In this document: positions 1-18,884 of the stretch, in pieces
How the letters are laid out: each line of letters opens with the position of its first letter
Numbering within the stretch: the first letter of the stretch is position 1
Assembly: GCF_009914755.1 (NCBI RefSeq)
Contig: NC_060939.1
Length of the DNA: 64,000 nucleotides
Source of the DNA: the human T2T-CHM13v2.0 reference genome, Homo sapiens
Reading direction: 5' to 3' (one strand)
The notes under the pieces: model-generated
Databases searched by the model: none
What the model was told of the DNA's origin: nothing
Seen by the model: the letters and a program-made list of their open reading frames with translations, nothing else
Translations under genes and position numbers: made by a program

Positions 1-1925
1 GTGGGGTAGAGCACCAAGCGGATTCTTAGAGTCCCTGAGTCCAGGCCTAAGGTCTTCTTGGTCAGCATTTCTGCGCTTGCCCTGGACCAAAGGTCGAGTC
101 CCAGACATTGCAGAATTTATCACAAGCTAATTAAAGAGTGCTTGGGCTTTAAGTGAGAAAGTGATGATGATTTGGTGGAAACCCCCTATGGGCCAGTAGT
201 GTTGGCAGTCATAGAAGAGGCTCTTCTGCCTGCAGACAGGGCAAGGAAGAGTAGAAAATACTTTGTCTTATTCCCTAAGTGCCAGGTTAGCTACAGTAAA
301 ATAGAAGAGCAGGTAAATTTTGAAGATTCTATGCTTTAATCTCTGGCTCCCAGGTAGCATCTGTGGACCCACTCATGGCTAGGGGAACTTACCACCCTAT
401 AGGCAGAGACACAAACCTGGCTGGCTTTGCCACATAATAATCACAGAGTCCTAGGGCTTTGAATAAACATATGGTAGCCAAGTAGTGTTGCAGTGGGTCT
501 TGCGTGAGACCAAGTTCTGTGCCTACTTCAGGTGTGAACCAGCACAGTCTCAGTGGTGGTGGCCACAGGAGTGCTTATGTTACCCCAACCCCAGCTTCAC
601 ATGTCTCAGCACAGAAAGAGAGACTGCTGATTTGAGAGAATGTAAGGGAAGAGAACAAGAGTCTTTACTTGATAAATCAAGAGAATTTTTCTTGATGTTA
701 ATTCAAGGCCACCAAGGCAGTACCTCTATGTGTTTGCATAAACTACTGTGCTATTGGGTTTGGGACCCAAGTTTCTTTGAATACCTGGAAAGTGTTCCCA
801 AAGATAATGGGCACTAACAAGCCCAGACTGTGAAGACTACAGTAAAGACTGAACTCTTCAATGCCCAGATACAGATGAACATCTACATGTATCAAGGCCA
901 TCCAGGAAAACACGACCTCACCAAACAAGCCAAGTAAAGCACCAGGGACAAATCCTGGAAAAACAGAGATATGTGACCTTTCATACAGGAAATCCAAAAT
1001 AGCTGGTTGTGGTAATTCAAAGAAATGTACAATATAACACAGAGAAGGAATTCAAAATTCTATCAGATAAATTTAACAACGAGATTGAAATAAAAGAATA
1101 TAGCAGAAATTCTGAAGTTAAAATGCTATTGTCGTACTGAAGAATGGATCAGAATTACTTAAAAGAATTGACCAAGAAGAAGATAGATTTAGCGAACTTG
1201 AAGTCAGACTGTTTAAAAATACAAAGTCAGAGGAGACAAAAAAGAACAAAAAATAAAGCATGCCTATAGAATTTAAAAAATAGCCTCAAAATAGCAAATC
1301 TAAGAGTTATTGGCCTTAGGAGGTAGAAAAAGAGATGAGTTGAACATTTATTTAAATAAATAATATTAAATCATATTAAACAATTCCTCAACATTTGATA
1401 TCAATATTCGAGTAACAAAAAGTTACAGAACATAAAGCAGATTTAACCCAAAGAAGACCACCTCAAGGCGCTTAACTGAACTCCCAAAAGTTAAGGATAA
1501 AGAAGTGATTCTAAAAGCATCGAGAGAAGAGAAATAAATAACTTTCAGTGGAACTCCAATACATCTGACAGCAGACTTTTCAGGGGAAAATTTACAGGCT
1601 GGGAGACTGGCATGACATATTAAAAAAGCTGAAGAAAAAAAAGACTTTTACTTTAGAATAATGTCTCAGGCAAAAACGGCCTTTAAACTTGATGGAAAAA
1701 TAAGAACTTTTTCCGACAAACAAAAACTGAGGGATTTCATTAACACCAGACCTGTCCTACAAGAAATGCTAAAGGGATATCTTAACCTAAAAGAAAAAAA
1801 GTTAGCGAGCAAGAAGAAATCATCTGAAGGTACAGAACTCACTAGCAATAGCACATGGAAAAACATTGAATATCATAATATGGTAAGTATGGGGTGCAAA
1901 AATCTCAAATAGAAAGAGTAAACAC

Positions 1926-6556
<4,631 letters not shown>

Positions 6557-8457
6557 AACCTCTGTTTTGCTTGTTTCTTTGTTTATGCAACCAGTGTTAA
6601 ATTGTCCACAGTCTAAAATCATGTATTATATTATTTTCAAGCCTCATGATAATTTCAAATCAAAAGGTGTACCAAAGATGTACAAAAAGTAAAAAGCAAG
6701 AAATTAGATCATAATTCAAGAGAAATCACCTTCACTAAAAGGAAGACAGGAAGAAAGGAAAGAAGGAAGAGAGGGCAAAAATCAATCAGAAAAGAAATAA
6801 AAAATGGCAGGAGTAAGTGCTTATCACTGATAACATTGAATTTAAATGAACTAAATACTCCAGTCAAAAGAAAAATAGTGGATGAATGGATAGAGAAGCA
6901 GGACAATAATCTGTGACCTACAAAAAAACACACTTTACCTACAAAGATACATTTAGACTGAAAATAAAAGGATGGAAAAAGTTATCCCATGACAATAGAG
7001 ACCAAAAAAAGCAGAAATAGCCATACTTACACCAGACAAAAATAGATTTCCACAAAAGACTGTAGGAAGAAATTAAAAGGTCGTTATATAATAATAAAGA
7101 GATCAATTCATCAAGAGGATATAATAATTGAAAATATATATGCACCCAACACTAAAGCACCTAGATAAATGAAGCAAATATTATGAGCTAAAGAAAGAGA
7201 CCTCAATACAATAATGGCTGGACACTTCAACACCCCACTTTAGTCATTAGGTAGACCTTCAAGACAGAAAATAAACAAGGAAATATCAGACTTAATCTGT
7301 ACTATAGAGCAAATGAACCTAATAGATATTTACAGAAAATTTCATCCAACAGCTGCAGAATACACATTCTTCTCCTCAGCACATGCATTATTTTCAAGGA
7401 TAGACCATATGTTAAGGAACAAGTCTAAAAACATTCCAAAAAATTGAAGTAATATCAAGCATTTTCTCTGACTACAGGGGATAAAACTAGATATCAATTA
7501 AAAAAGGAATTTAAGAAACTATATAAACACATGGACATTAAGCAATATGCTCCTGAATGATTAGTAGGTTGATAAAAATGTTAAGAAGAAAATAGAAAAA
7601 TTTCTTGAAACAAATGATAATGGAAACATAGCATAGAAAAACCTATGGAATATAGTGAAAGATATATTATTATAAAAGGAAAATTTATAACTGTAAGTGA
7701 CTGCATAAAAAACAGAAAAGCTTCAAATAAATAACCTAACAATACATCTTAATTAACTAGAATAAAAGACCAAACCTAACCCAAAATTAGAAGAAAAGAA
7801 ATAATAAAGATTAGAGCAGAAGTAGATAAAGTTAAAATGATGAAAATAATGTAAAGAATTAATGAAAGAAAATGTTGATTTTTTGAAAAGTAAAACAATT
7901 GACAAATATTTAAACAGGCTAACTAAAAAACAGAAAAGATACAAATTAGTAAAATCAGAGGTGAAAAAGGAGACATTACAAATAATGCTTCAGAAAAACA
8001 AAGGATCATTAGTAAAAAATATCAGCAATTGTATGCCAACAAATTAGAAAACCTAGAGGAAATTAATTCTTAGATACACAAAACTTACCAAGATTTAACT
8101 AGGAAAAAAATCTAAAACCTGAACAGATCAATAACTATTAACAAAATTAAAGCCTTAATAAGAAAAGTCTGTAGGACCAGACTGAAAACTAGAGAAGGAA
8201 AGAACATTTCCAAACTCATTCTTTGAGGCTAGTATTACCCTGATATCAAAACCAGACAAAGACACATTAAAAAAAGGGCACGACAGGCCCATATCTGTGA
8301 ATATTGGTGGAAAAATTTGCAAAACACCTAACAAACTGAATTAAGCAATACATAAATATGTAATTAATAATGACCAAGTGGGATTTATCCCAGGGATGCA
8401 AGGATGGGTCAACATGCAAATCAATCGATGTGATAGATCACATAAAGAGAATGAAGG

Positions 8458-8759
8458 GGCCAGGCACAGTGGCTCACACCTGAAATCCCAGCAATTTAGG
8501 AAGCCGAGGTGGGCAAATCACCTGAGGTCAGGAGTTTAAAACCAGTCTGGCCAACATGGCGAAGCCCCGTCTCTACTAAAATTACAAAAATTAGCCAGGC
8601 GTGGTGGTGGGCACCTGTGATCCCAGCTACTCAGGAGGCTGAAGAAGAAGAATCACTTGAACCTGGGAGGCAGAGTTTGCATTGAGCTGAGATCATGCCA
8701 TTGCCCTCCAGCCTGGGTGACAGAGGGAGACTTCATCTCAAAAAAACAAAACAAAACAA
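8458..8759 (+). mobile_element. Alu (AluS-like)
   Basis: ggccaggcacagtggctcac start, dimeric structure, A-rich tail. Confidence 0.95.
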
Positions 8760-9136
8760 GGACAAAATCCATATAATCATTTCAATTTTGCTAAAAATAA
8801 TTTGATAAAATTTAATAGTCTTTAATATTAAAAAAAACCATTTGAAAACTGGGTATGGAATGAACATACCTCAACATAATAAAAGTCACATTTGACAGAC
8901 CCACAGCCAGTATCACACTAAGTGGGGAAAAACTAAAAGCCTTTCCTCTAAAATCTGGAAGATGACAAGAATGTCCACTTTTACCACTGTTATTCAACAT
9001 AATGCTGAAAGTCTTATCTGGAGCAATCAGACAGGAGAAAGCAATAAAACGCATCCCAATTGGAAAAGAAGTCAAATTACCTTTTTTTTTTTGCCAATTA
9101 TATAATCTTATATTGGAAAAAGCATAAAGACTCCTC

Positions 9137-11588
9137 TGATAGGGTTTGAATGTGTGTCCCCTCCCAAATTTCATATTTAAATGTAATTCTCAATGTTGGA
9201 AATGGGCCTGGTGAAAGGTGATTTAACCATTGGGGTGGATTACTCATAAATGGCTTAGCACCATCCCATTTGTTACTATTCTCATGATAGTGAGTGAGTT
9301 CCATAAGATCTGGTTATTTAAAACTGTGTAACAACTCGCCCCTCTGTTTTTTGCTCCTGCTTTTTGCCCTGTGATGTGCAAGATTCTGCTTCAACTTCTG
9401 CCATGACTGTAAACTTCCAGAGACCTCCCCAGAAGCATATTCCAGTGCTATGTCTTCTCTACAGCCTGTAGAATCATAAGCCACTTAAACCTACTTTGTA
9501 AAAAATAAATTATCCAGTCCCACTCTCATAGTGATGCAAAAATAGCTTAATACAGAAAATTGGCACCAAGGAATGGAAAATGGTTATAAGAATACCCCAA
9601 AATGTGGAATCAGCTTTGTAATTGGATAAACAGGCAGAAGTTGGAAGAGTCTGTAGGATTCAGAAGACAGAAAAATGAGGGAAAGTTGAGATTTTCTTAG
9701 AGACTGGTTGAATGCCTGTAACCAAAATGCTGATAGTGATCTGTACAGGGAAGCCTGGGCTGACGAGATCTCAGATGAAAACTAGAAACTTATTGGGACT
9801 GAAACAAAGGTCATGCATGTTGTCTTAGCAAAGTTATTGGCTGAATTTCTGTCATGCCCTACGGATATATAAAAGTTTGAATTTGAAATTGATGATTTAG
9901 GGTTTCTGTTGGAAAAATGTCTAAGCAGCAAAGCAGTTGTGATGTGGCCTGGCTGCTTCTAACAACCTATGCTCACATGTTCTAGCAAAAAAAAAATAAA
10001 AATAAAATAAGTAGTAACTTATACTTACAAAAGAAGCATAGTGTAAAAGCTTGAAAACTTTGCAGCCTAGTCATGTGGCTGAAATATAAAAAGCTTTTAT
10101 AAGAGAGGAACTCAAGCAGGATATGGGTCAACTACTTGTTAGAGATATTTGTATAACCTAAAAAAAAGCAAGTGTTGATAGCCAAGGCAATGGGAAAGAG
10201 GAATTGAAGGCATTTAAAAAATCTAAAAGGCAGCCCCCCATCACAGGCCCTGAGGCCTAAAAGAAGACAATAGTTTCTGGGATCAGACCTAGGACCTGCT
10301 GCCTTGGGTAGCTTTGGAACAAGGCTCCCTGCATCCTGGCCACTGCTTCAGCTCCAGGTGTAGCTCAAATTGACCCAGTTACAACTCCAGTCACGCTTCA
10401 GAGGGTGCAAGCCATAACCTTGGTAGCTTCCATGTGGTGTTAGGCCTGTGGGTTTACCAAATGCAAGTAGTTGAGACTTGGGAGCCTCCACCTTTATTTG
10501 AAAGGATGTATGAAAAAGCCAGGGTGTGCAGGCAGAAGCATGCTGCAGGGGTGGAGCCCTCATGGAGATCCTCTACTAAAACAATGGAGAAAAGAAATGT
10601 GGGGTGACAGTCCCCAGGCAGGCTCCCCACTGGGTCATGGCCTAGTAGATCTGTGAGGGGAGTATCACTGTCCTCCAGGCCCCAGAATGGTAGATCTAGC
10701 TACAGCCTGCACCTGGCACCTTGAAAAGCCAGAGGCACAGAATGCCAGCCCATGAGAGCAGCTGTGGGGGCTGAACCATGCAAAGTCACAAGGTAGAACC
10801 TTCCCAAGGCATTAGTGTGCCCTGGAAATGGGACACAGAGTCAAAAATAATTATTTTGGAGCCTTACAATTCAATAACTGCCCTTCTCGGTTTCAGACTT
10901 TCAGGGATCCTGTGGCCCCTTTCTTTTGGCTGATTTCTTCATTTTAGAATAGGAGTATTTACCCAATGTCTCTGCCTCATTTGTATCTTGGAAGAACTTA
11001 ACTTGTTTTTTTTTTTTATTTTACAGGCTTATAGAAGGAAGAAATTAGCTTTGTCTTAGATGAGACTTTTGACTTTTGAGTTAAGGCTGAAATCAGTTAA
11101 GACTTTGGGGATTATAGGGAAGTCATGATTGTATATTGAAATATGAGAAGGATATGAGATTTGGAATCGCCAGGGGCAAAATGATACAGTTTGGATGTGT
11201 ATTCCCAACAAAATCTTATATTGAAATATAATACTCAATGTTGGAAGTGGGCCTAGAGGGGAGGTGATTGAATCATGAGGGCAAGATTTCCATGAAGAGT
11301 TTGGCATCATTTCCTTTGGTGCCATTCCCACAATAGTAAGTTTTTATCAGAGCTGGTTATCTACAAGTGTGTGTGGCACTTCCCCCCTGCCCTCACACTT
11401 ATCATATGATGTGCAAGCACTGGATTTATTTTTCACCTTGTCAGTTGTCAGAGGCTTCCCCAGAAGCAGAAGCCAGTGCTATGCTTTCTGTACAGCCTGA
11501 AGAACCATGAACCAATTAAACCTATTTTCTTTATAAATTAACCAGTCACTGATTACTTTTTATAGCAATATGAGAATGGTCTAATACA
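9137..11588 (+). mobile_element. Full-length MaLR element (MSTA/MSTB-like): LTR 9137-9554, internal 9555-11181, LTR 11182-11588
   Basis: Two similar ~410-bp LTRs (tgat...taataca), 1.6-kb internal region, 5-bp TSD tcctc/tccac. Confidence 0.9.
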
Positions 11589-11940
11589 TCCACCAAAAAC
11601 TATTAGGAGTAATAACTTGAGTAAATTTGCAGAATACAAAATCAACATATACAAATCAGTAGGATTTCTATATGCCAACAGTCAACAAACTGAAAAAGAA
11701 TTCAAAAATGTAATACTATTTGCAGTAGCCACAAATAAAACAAAATGTGTTGGAATTTACCAAAGAAATAAAAGATCTCAACAGTTAAAACTGTAAAACA
11801 CTGATAAAAGAAATGAAAAAGGACCCAAAAATTGGAAAGATATTTTTATGTTCACAGATTGGAAGAATCAGTGTTTTTAAAAAATGTCCATACAATCCAT
11901 ATCAATCTATACATTTCATGCCATCTCTATCAAAATAACA

Positions 11941-12233
11941 GGCCAGGGGCAGTGGCTCATGCCTGTAATCCCAGCACTTTGGGAGGCTGAAGTTGGTGGA
12001 TCATGAGGTCAGGGGTTCAAGACCAGCATGGCCAACTTGGTGAAACCCCACTTCTACTAAAAATACAAAAAAATTAGCCAGGCACGGTGGCAGGTGACTG
12101 TAATCCCAGCTACTCAGGAGGCTGAGACAAAGAATTGCTTGAACCCAGGAGGTGGAGGTTGCGGTGTGCAGGGATAACATCACTGCACTCCAGTATAGGT
12201 GACAGAGCAAGATGCAATCTAAAAAAAAAAAAA
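11941..12233 (+). mobile_element. Alu (AluS-like)
   Basis: Alu consensus motifs and poly(A) tail. Confidence 0.95.
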
Positions 12234-12560
12234 GAGGAAGAAGACATTCCTCACAGATATAGAAAAAAAATTCTGAAATTTATATGGAAACATCACAAAA
12301 CAGCATAATAGTCAAAGCTATGCTGAGTGTATAAAACAAAACTGGAGGAATTCCGTTACCTGGTTTTAAATTATACTACTAAGTTATAGTAATTAAAACA
12401 GCATGACACTAGCATAAAAACAGACATAAAGACAGATGGAATGAAATAGAGACCTTAGAAACAAACTCATACAGCTAAATTAATTTTCAACAAAAGTGCC
12501 AAGAATATACAATAAAAAATAAGACAGTTTTTATAATAAATAGGGCTGGGAAAACTGGCA

Positions 12561-12812
12561 TTCTGTGTGAGGGACAAACATTCAGACCCTCATAGCAGTG
12601 TTCAGGAATCCTATGTGAGGGACAAACATTCAGACAACAGCAGGAGTGTTCTGGAATCCCCTGTGAGGAACAAACATTCAGAACCTCGTAGCAGTGTTCT
12701 GGAATCCTACGTGACAAACATTTAGAACCCAGCAGCATTCTGGAATCCGATGCGAGGGACAAACATTCAGACCCTCGTAGCAGTGTTCTGGAATCCTATG
12801 GGAGGAACACCC
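12561..12812 (+). repeat. SATR1/SATR2-like satellite patch, about 5 units of ~48 bp
   Basis: Tandem 'gcagtgttctggaatcctatgtgagggacaaacattcagaccctcgta' units. Family name is from recall. Confidence 0.75.
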
Positions 12813-13229
12813 AAATTAATTTTCAACAGAAGTACCAAGAACATACAATAAAAAATGAGACAGTTTTTGTAATAGATAGGGCTGGGAAAACTGGCAAGCC
12901 ATAGGCAGAAGAATAAAACTAGAACCCTATTTCTTGCCACTTACAAAAATCAAATTAAAATGAATTAAAGACTTAAACCTAACGCCTCAAACCATCAAAC
13001 TTTTACAAGAAAACATTGGGGAAACTCTTTAGAGCATTGGTTTGGGCAAAAATTCCTTAAATAATGCCCTAGAAGAACAGACAACCCAAACAAACATGGA
13101 CAAATGGGATTACAGAAAGTCAGAAAGCCTTTTTAAAGTGAAGGAAAGAAGAAACAAAGTGAAGAGAAAATCCACAGAATGAGAGAAAATATTTGTAAAT
13201 TATCCATCTGAAAACAATTAATAGCTACA

Positions 13230-13899
13230 TGATATGGTTAGGATTTGGGTCCCCACCCAAATCTCATATTGAATTGTAATCCCCAGATGTTGAGGGAGAG
13301 ACTTGGTAGAAGGTGATTGGATCATGGGGGTGGTTTTCCCCATGCTGTTCTTCTGATAATGAGTGATTTCTCATGAGATATCATGGTTTTATAAGGGACT
13401 CTTCCCCCTTTGCTTCACATACAGTCTCTCTCGCCTGCTGTCATGTAAGAGGTGCCTGCTTCCCCATCTGCCATTATTGTAAGTTTCCTGAGGCCTCCCT
13501 GGCCATGTGGAACTGTGAGTCAATTAAACCCATTTCCTTTATAAATTATCCAGTCTTGCCAGGTGCGGTGGCTCATGCCTGTAATCTCACCACTTTGGGA
13601 GGCTGAGGCGGGTGGATCACGAGGTCAGAAGTTCAAGACCAGCCTGACCAAGATGGTGAAACCCCGTCTCTACTAAAAATACAAAAATTAGCCAGGCATG
13701 GTGTCAGGTGCCTGTAATCTCAGCTACTCAGGAGGCTGAGGCAGAGAATTGCTTGAATCAGGAGGTGGAGGTTGCAGTGAGCCGAGATTACACCACTGCA
13801 CTTCAGCCTGGGCAACAGACCAAGACTTCATCTCAGTAAATAAATAGATAACACAGTCTCAGGTATTTTTTTATAGCAGTGCAGAAACAGACTAATACA
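13230..13899 (+). mobile_element. MaLR solo LTR (THE1D/MSTA-like) interrupted by an Alu
   Basis: tgatatgg...ctaataca termini, perfect 5-bp TSD ctaca (13225-13229, 13900-13904). Confidence 0.9.
13557..13850 (+). mobile_element. Alu (AluS-like) inside the MaLR LTR
   Basis: Alu consensus with degenerate TSD ataaattatccagtct/atagataacacagtct. Confidence 0.95.
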
Positions 13900-14969
13900 C
13901 TACAATATATTGAGTTCAAGAAATTCTATAGAAAAAAGTAATAAATAAAGAGTGGACAAAAAATTTAAATAGACATTTATGAAAAGAAGACATACAAATG
14001 TGAAACAGGCAAATGAATAGGTGCTCCACATTACTGATCATCATAGAAATGCAAATCAAACACAAAATGAGATATCATTTCACCCCAGTTAAGGTGGCTT
14101 TTATCCAGAAGTCCGTGAAAAACAAATGCTGGTGAGTATGTGGAGTGAAGGGAACCCTTGTACACTGCTGTTGGGAGCACATTTAAGGAGAGTTTGGATG
14201 TTCCCGATATAACTAAAAATAGAGCTACTATGTGGTCCAGCAATCCCACTGCACAGTATATGCCTACAAGAAATAAAATTGGTAAATCAAAGACCTATTG
14301 GCACTCTCATGTTTGCTACAGCAGGGTTTATAATAGTCAAGATTTGGAAGGAACCTAAATGTCCATCAACAGATGACTGGATAGAGAAAATGTGGTACAT
14401 ATACACAATGGAGTACTATTCAGCTGTAAGAAAGAATGAGAGCCTGCCATTTGCAATAACATAAATGGAACTGAAAGTCTTCATGTTTGTGAAAGTCTTC
14501 ATGTTTATGAAAGTGAAATGTCAGGCACAGAAAGACAAATGTCACATGTTCTCACTTATTTGTGGGTGCTAAAATTCAAAACAGTTGGTGTCATAGAGAT
14601 AGAGAGTATAAGGATGGTTACCAGAGGCCGGGAAAGGCAGGAAGGGAACAAGGGGATAGTGGGGATGCTAAATGGGTAAAAACACAATTGTTAGAAAGAA
14701 TGAATAAGACAGCATTTGAAAGCACAACAGGGTGATTATAGTCAAAAATAATTTAATTCCACATGTAAAAAAACTGAAAGAGTATAATTGGATTGTTTAT
14801 AACACAAGCTATATATGCTTGAGGGGACAGATACCCCATTTTTTATTATGTATTACTCATTGCATGACTGCATCAAAGTATTTTATGTACCCCCATAAAT
14901 ATATACACCAACTATGTACCCACAAAAATAAATTAAAAATTGAAATTTAAATTAAAATTAAAACCAAAA

Positions 14970-15100
14970 TGAGGAGAGTATAATGAGGCATGTGTGACCC
15001 ATGGCTTGAACTAGCTTTTCAGGTTAACTTTGGAATGTCCTTATCCAAGAAGAGAGGTCCATTTAGTCAACAGGGGTTTAGAAATTTATTTTTAGTCTAT
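14970..15100 (-). mobile_element. MER4-group ERV1 LTR fragment
   Basis: Reverse complement resembles the 'tgtaaaccaaaaataaaattctaagcccc...tggacccc' LTR start, from recall. Confidence 0.5.
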
Positions 15101-15423
15101 AAATGGAAAAAAGAAGGATTTTTAATCCTGAGCCATAGTTCTCAGTCAATCAATCCCTGCAAAGAACCCTGTTCTTTACTCTTGAGATAAACATTAGTTT
15201 TCTTTTCCATGGAATAACACCACATTTCAAAATGAGGGGAAACATCTTGAAACTAAGAGGTAGAGCCTTATTCAATTTGATTTGGTTTCCATTGTAATTA
15301 ATTTAATCACATGTGTTCTAGAGTTTGTCCTCAGTCTTCCCCTAGTTTAGGCCCATGATCTGTTGAACTTGCTCAGCTCCCTGCTCAACAGCAGGAAATC
15401 AGAATTATTTAAAATCCTCATTG

Positions 15424-15719
15424 TGGCTGGGAGTGGTGGCTCATGCCTGTAATCCTAGCAATTTGGGAGGCCAAGGTGGGTAGATCGCTTGTTGTCAGGG
15501 GTTTGAGACCAGCCTGGCCAACAGAGTGAAACCCCATCTCTACTAAATATACAAATATTAGCTTGGTATGGTGATTCATGCCGGTAATCCCAGCTACTTG
15601 GGAGGCTGAGGCAGGAGAATTGCTTGAACCCGGGAGGCGCAGGTTTCAGTGAGCCAAGATGGCGCACTGCACTCCAGCCTGGGCAACAGAGCAAGACTCT
15701 GTCTCAAAATGATAATAAT

Positions 15720-15767
<48 letters not shown>
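15424..15767 (+). mobile_element. Alu with (AAT)n microsatellite tail
   Basis: Alu body followed by an (AAT)n run at ~15712-15763. Confidence 0.95.
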
Positions 15768-15997
15768 GTAAAAATGAAAATCTCATTTTGTTTCAAACAA
15801 AATTTCTTTTGAATATCAACTGTACCAACTTGCATATTAACTGTAATCATTTTGTTTACTTTATATCCAATCTGGAGAAATCTTTGAGGACTAATTTCAC
15901 TCTTTTCTGCCATTTTGGTAAACATACCAAATGCCATCAAACAAAATGTACAAAATTCCTGAGAAATACATTTTCTCCTTGAGGAGTAGACTTGCTC

Positions 15998-16561
15998 TGT
16001 TGGAGGAACTCATGGTTACCTAGCTTCTAGTTTAATAAACCTGACTAGAATATTCTATCTTAATATGAGTAGCTAGGTACTCACAAGGCATCTAGAAGGT
16101 TAATGTTCATGGTCCGAAAATAGTCACATTTTTTACCTGGCCACAAATTACAATTGCAGAATATTTGTGGTCATACAAGACATCTTCCACCAAGCCTAAA
16201 AAATGTATAAATGTCCTAGGAGTGCAGCATTTTTTTGTAAGGATATTATTGATGAGGTAGCTTAGGTCAATAGGTTAATGGTTATAGTTAAAACCAATAG
16301 CCCCAACTTTAGTGACTATATCTGCACCTTCCAAGTTTATTTATAACTCTTTCTCTTTATAGTTATTTATAAGTAGAGACACTAACAAAAGACAATGCAT
16401 TCCTCCTCTTGTTTTCTGAGGATGTCCAACTCTGTAATGGAGTAATTTCTAATAAACTTGCTTCTTTCACTGTGCTCTCTGACTCACCTCAAATTTTTTC
16501 CTGCACAAGATCTGAAAATCCTACTTTGTGGTCTGTATCAGGACCCTCTTTTCCAGCAACA
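15998..16561 (+). mobile_element. ERV1-class 5' LTR
   Basis: TGTTG...CAACA termini, AATAAA at ~16451, typical U5 end 'ggaccctcttttccagcaaca', degenerate PBS immediately after. Confidence 0.7.
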
Positions 16562-17920
16562 TCTTTCAGCAACACCATGAACGCACGCCAAGACAAGACC
16601 CCCACTCCAAGGAAAAAAATCGACACAGAATCAATCAGCTGACACCTGGCAAGTGGGCTGTCTTTTAGATTCGTGAAGCCATTCTGGTGGGCAAGAATGA
16701 TTATCCACTATTATCATACTCAGATTAGAGGCCAAGCCCACAGGATTAGTGGACCTGGGAATATTGAGAAGAATGGATTTGGCTAAACAAGATATTTGCC
16801 ACTTTCTCTTTTTGGACTGTCCACCTTGTGCTCTCTGTCCCTCACCTGAGTGCTCTACATATTGTCACCTTTCTGCTCACCACTTCTGTTTTGTAGTACA
16901 CTGGAGGCTGTCCCAGGACAGAGGCCCCAAAGAGCTTAGCTTTTACTTTCCTCACCGATCCTCTGACTCTTAACTGACTGCTTGTTTAATTTGCCACTGG
17001 TCCAAGTGACACTGAAAAAAAGAATTGTCTTCTAACCTAGTATTTTTTTACCTTAATTATCAGAAAAGATCAGCAGTAACCTTGCCATCATTATGACTAG
17101 AAGTTGAAATGTGGTATTTAAGAGCTCTACATGATAAGATCAGATATGCCTGTTTAGTGACAGCCTCTTCTATGGCAACCCTCTGCAAATAATTACCCTC
17201 AAGATGGAGAATATGAGGGTTTTTCTTAACAGTTTTCTCTCATTTGTTAACCATAAAGCCATATTTGATGAGCTGGTATAGGGCAGCTGGACCCTACTTT
17301 CTAAACCCAGCAAGTCACTTTTTTCCTGAGAGAGTTTTGTCAGTTTTGTCATAGCAGTGTGAAAATGGACTAATACATTACAATATACAAGCTACAGCCT
17401 TCCCATTTCCCCTGTTTGATCTGACTCCTATTTTGCAGCTTAATTTGTTTTATAGAAGAGAAACTAAGAGGGAGGAAATACATTATATACAGGCTTCTCT
17501 GATGCTTGGTCAGGATAAAAAATTAAAATGGGCTTCTATATGTTTGATGGAGGAAAAGACAAAATAGGAACAGCATGTAATTGATTACCCTTTTAATGCA
17601 AGTACCTCTTAATATTAGGCTTTTCTTAGCTGGGGCTGAACTCCCCCTGCCAGTCCAAGCACCCCATAAGAACACAGTCAGACTCCTTCCAGTTCTGGTG
17701 AGGTGTGCAACATGTTATTAATTTCTTCTAGTTTTCCAGGGTTATCTAGTGTCCAGTCATCATCTTCTCCCTGCCCTTCGAGTCCTGTCTTACGTACATA
17801 CCCCACTCTCGAAACACCCGAGATTCACCAGAACAACATGCAGTGGGGCCTCTTATCAGCTGGCAAAGTTGAATATTTGCCCTCTCTGGGAAGTGACAGA
17901 TGATAATAGGGACACTATAT

Positions 17921-18884
17921 TGAAGGGGTGGACTGTCCCTACACACCTTTGGGCGTTTCTCGTCAGGTGGAACAAGAGACTTGTGAAAAGAGTCTCAGAG
18001 ACAAAGTATAGAGAAAAAGTGGGCCCAGGGCATCGGCGCTCAGCATATGGAGGACCCGCGGCGGCACCAGTCTCTGAGTTTCCTTAGTATTTGTTGATCA
18101 TTATCGGGCATTTCTCGGAGAGAGGGACGTGCCAGGACCATAGGGTAACAGTGGAGAGAGGGTCAGCAGGAAAACATGTGAACAAATGTCTCTGCATCGT
18201 AAACAAGGTAAAGAAAAAAGTGCTGTCCTATTGATGTGCATATACATAAACATCTCAATGCCTTAAAGAGCAGTATTGCCTCCAGCATGTCTCACCTCCA
18301 GCCCTAAGGCGGTTTTCTCCTATCTCAGTAGATGGAGTATAGAATCGGGTTTTACACTGAGACATTCCACTGCCCAGGGACGAGCAGGAGACAGATGGCT
18401 TTGTCTTATATCAACTGCAAAGAGGCCTTCCTTTTTTACTAATCCTCCTCAGCGCAGACCGTTTACAGGTGTCGGGCTGGCGGATGGTCAGGTCCTTCCC
18501 TTCCCACGAGGCCGTATTTCAGAATATCACATGGGGAGAAACCTTGGACAATACCTGGCTTTCCTAGGCAGAGGTCCCTGTGGGCTTCCGCACTGTTTTG
18601 TGTCCCTGGGTACTAGAGAGTAAGGAGTGGTGATGACTTTTAACAATCATGCTGTCTTCAAGCATTTGTTTAACAAAGCACATCCTGCATATCCCTAAAT
18701 CCATTAAACCTTGAGTCGACACAGCACATGTTTCTGTGAGCACAGGGTTGGGGGTAGGCTTACAGATTGACAGTATCTCAAGGCAGAAGAATTTTTCTTA
18801 GTACAGAACAAAATGGAGTGTCTTATGTCTACTTCTTTCTACATAGAAAAAGTAACAGTCTGATCTCTCTTTCTTTTCCCCACA
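17921..18884 (-). mobile_element. HERV-K(HML-2) solo LTR (LTR5, probably LTR5B), 964 bp
   Basis: Minus-strand start tgtggggaaaagaaagagagatcagactg and end ...cccttca. Perfect 6-bp TSD ctatat (17915-17920, 18885-18890). Confidence 0.95.

Noticed and set aside
12561-12812. Regularly spaced repeats resembling a CRISPR array (also 32628-32794 and 34553-34758)
   Set aside because: Units are contiguous with no unique spacers, there are no cas genes, and the DNA is primate. These are satellites or minisatellites.
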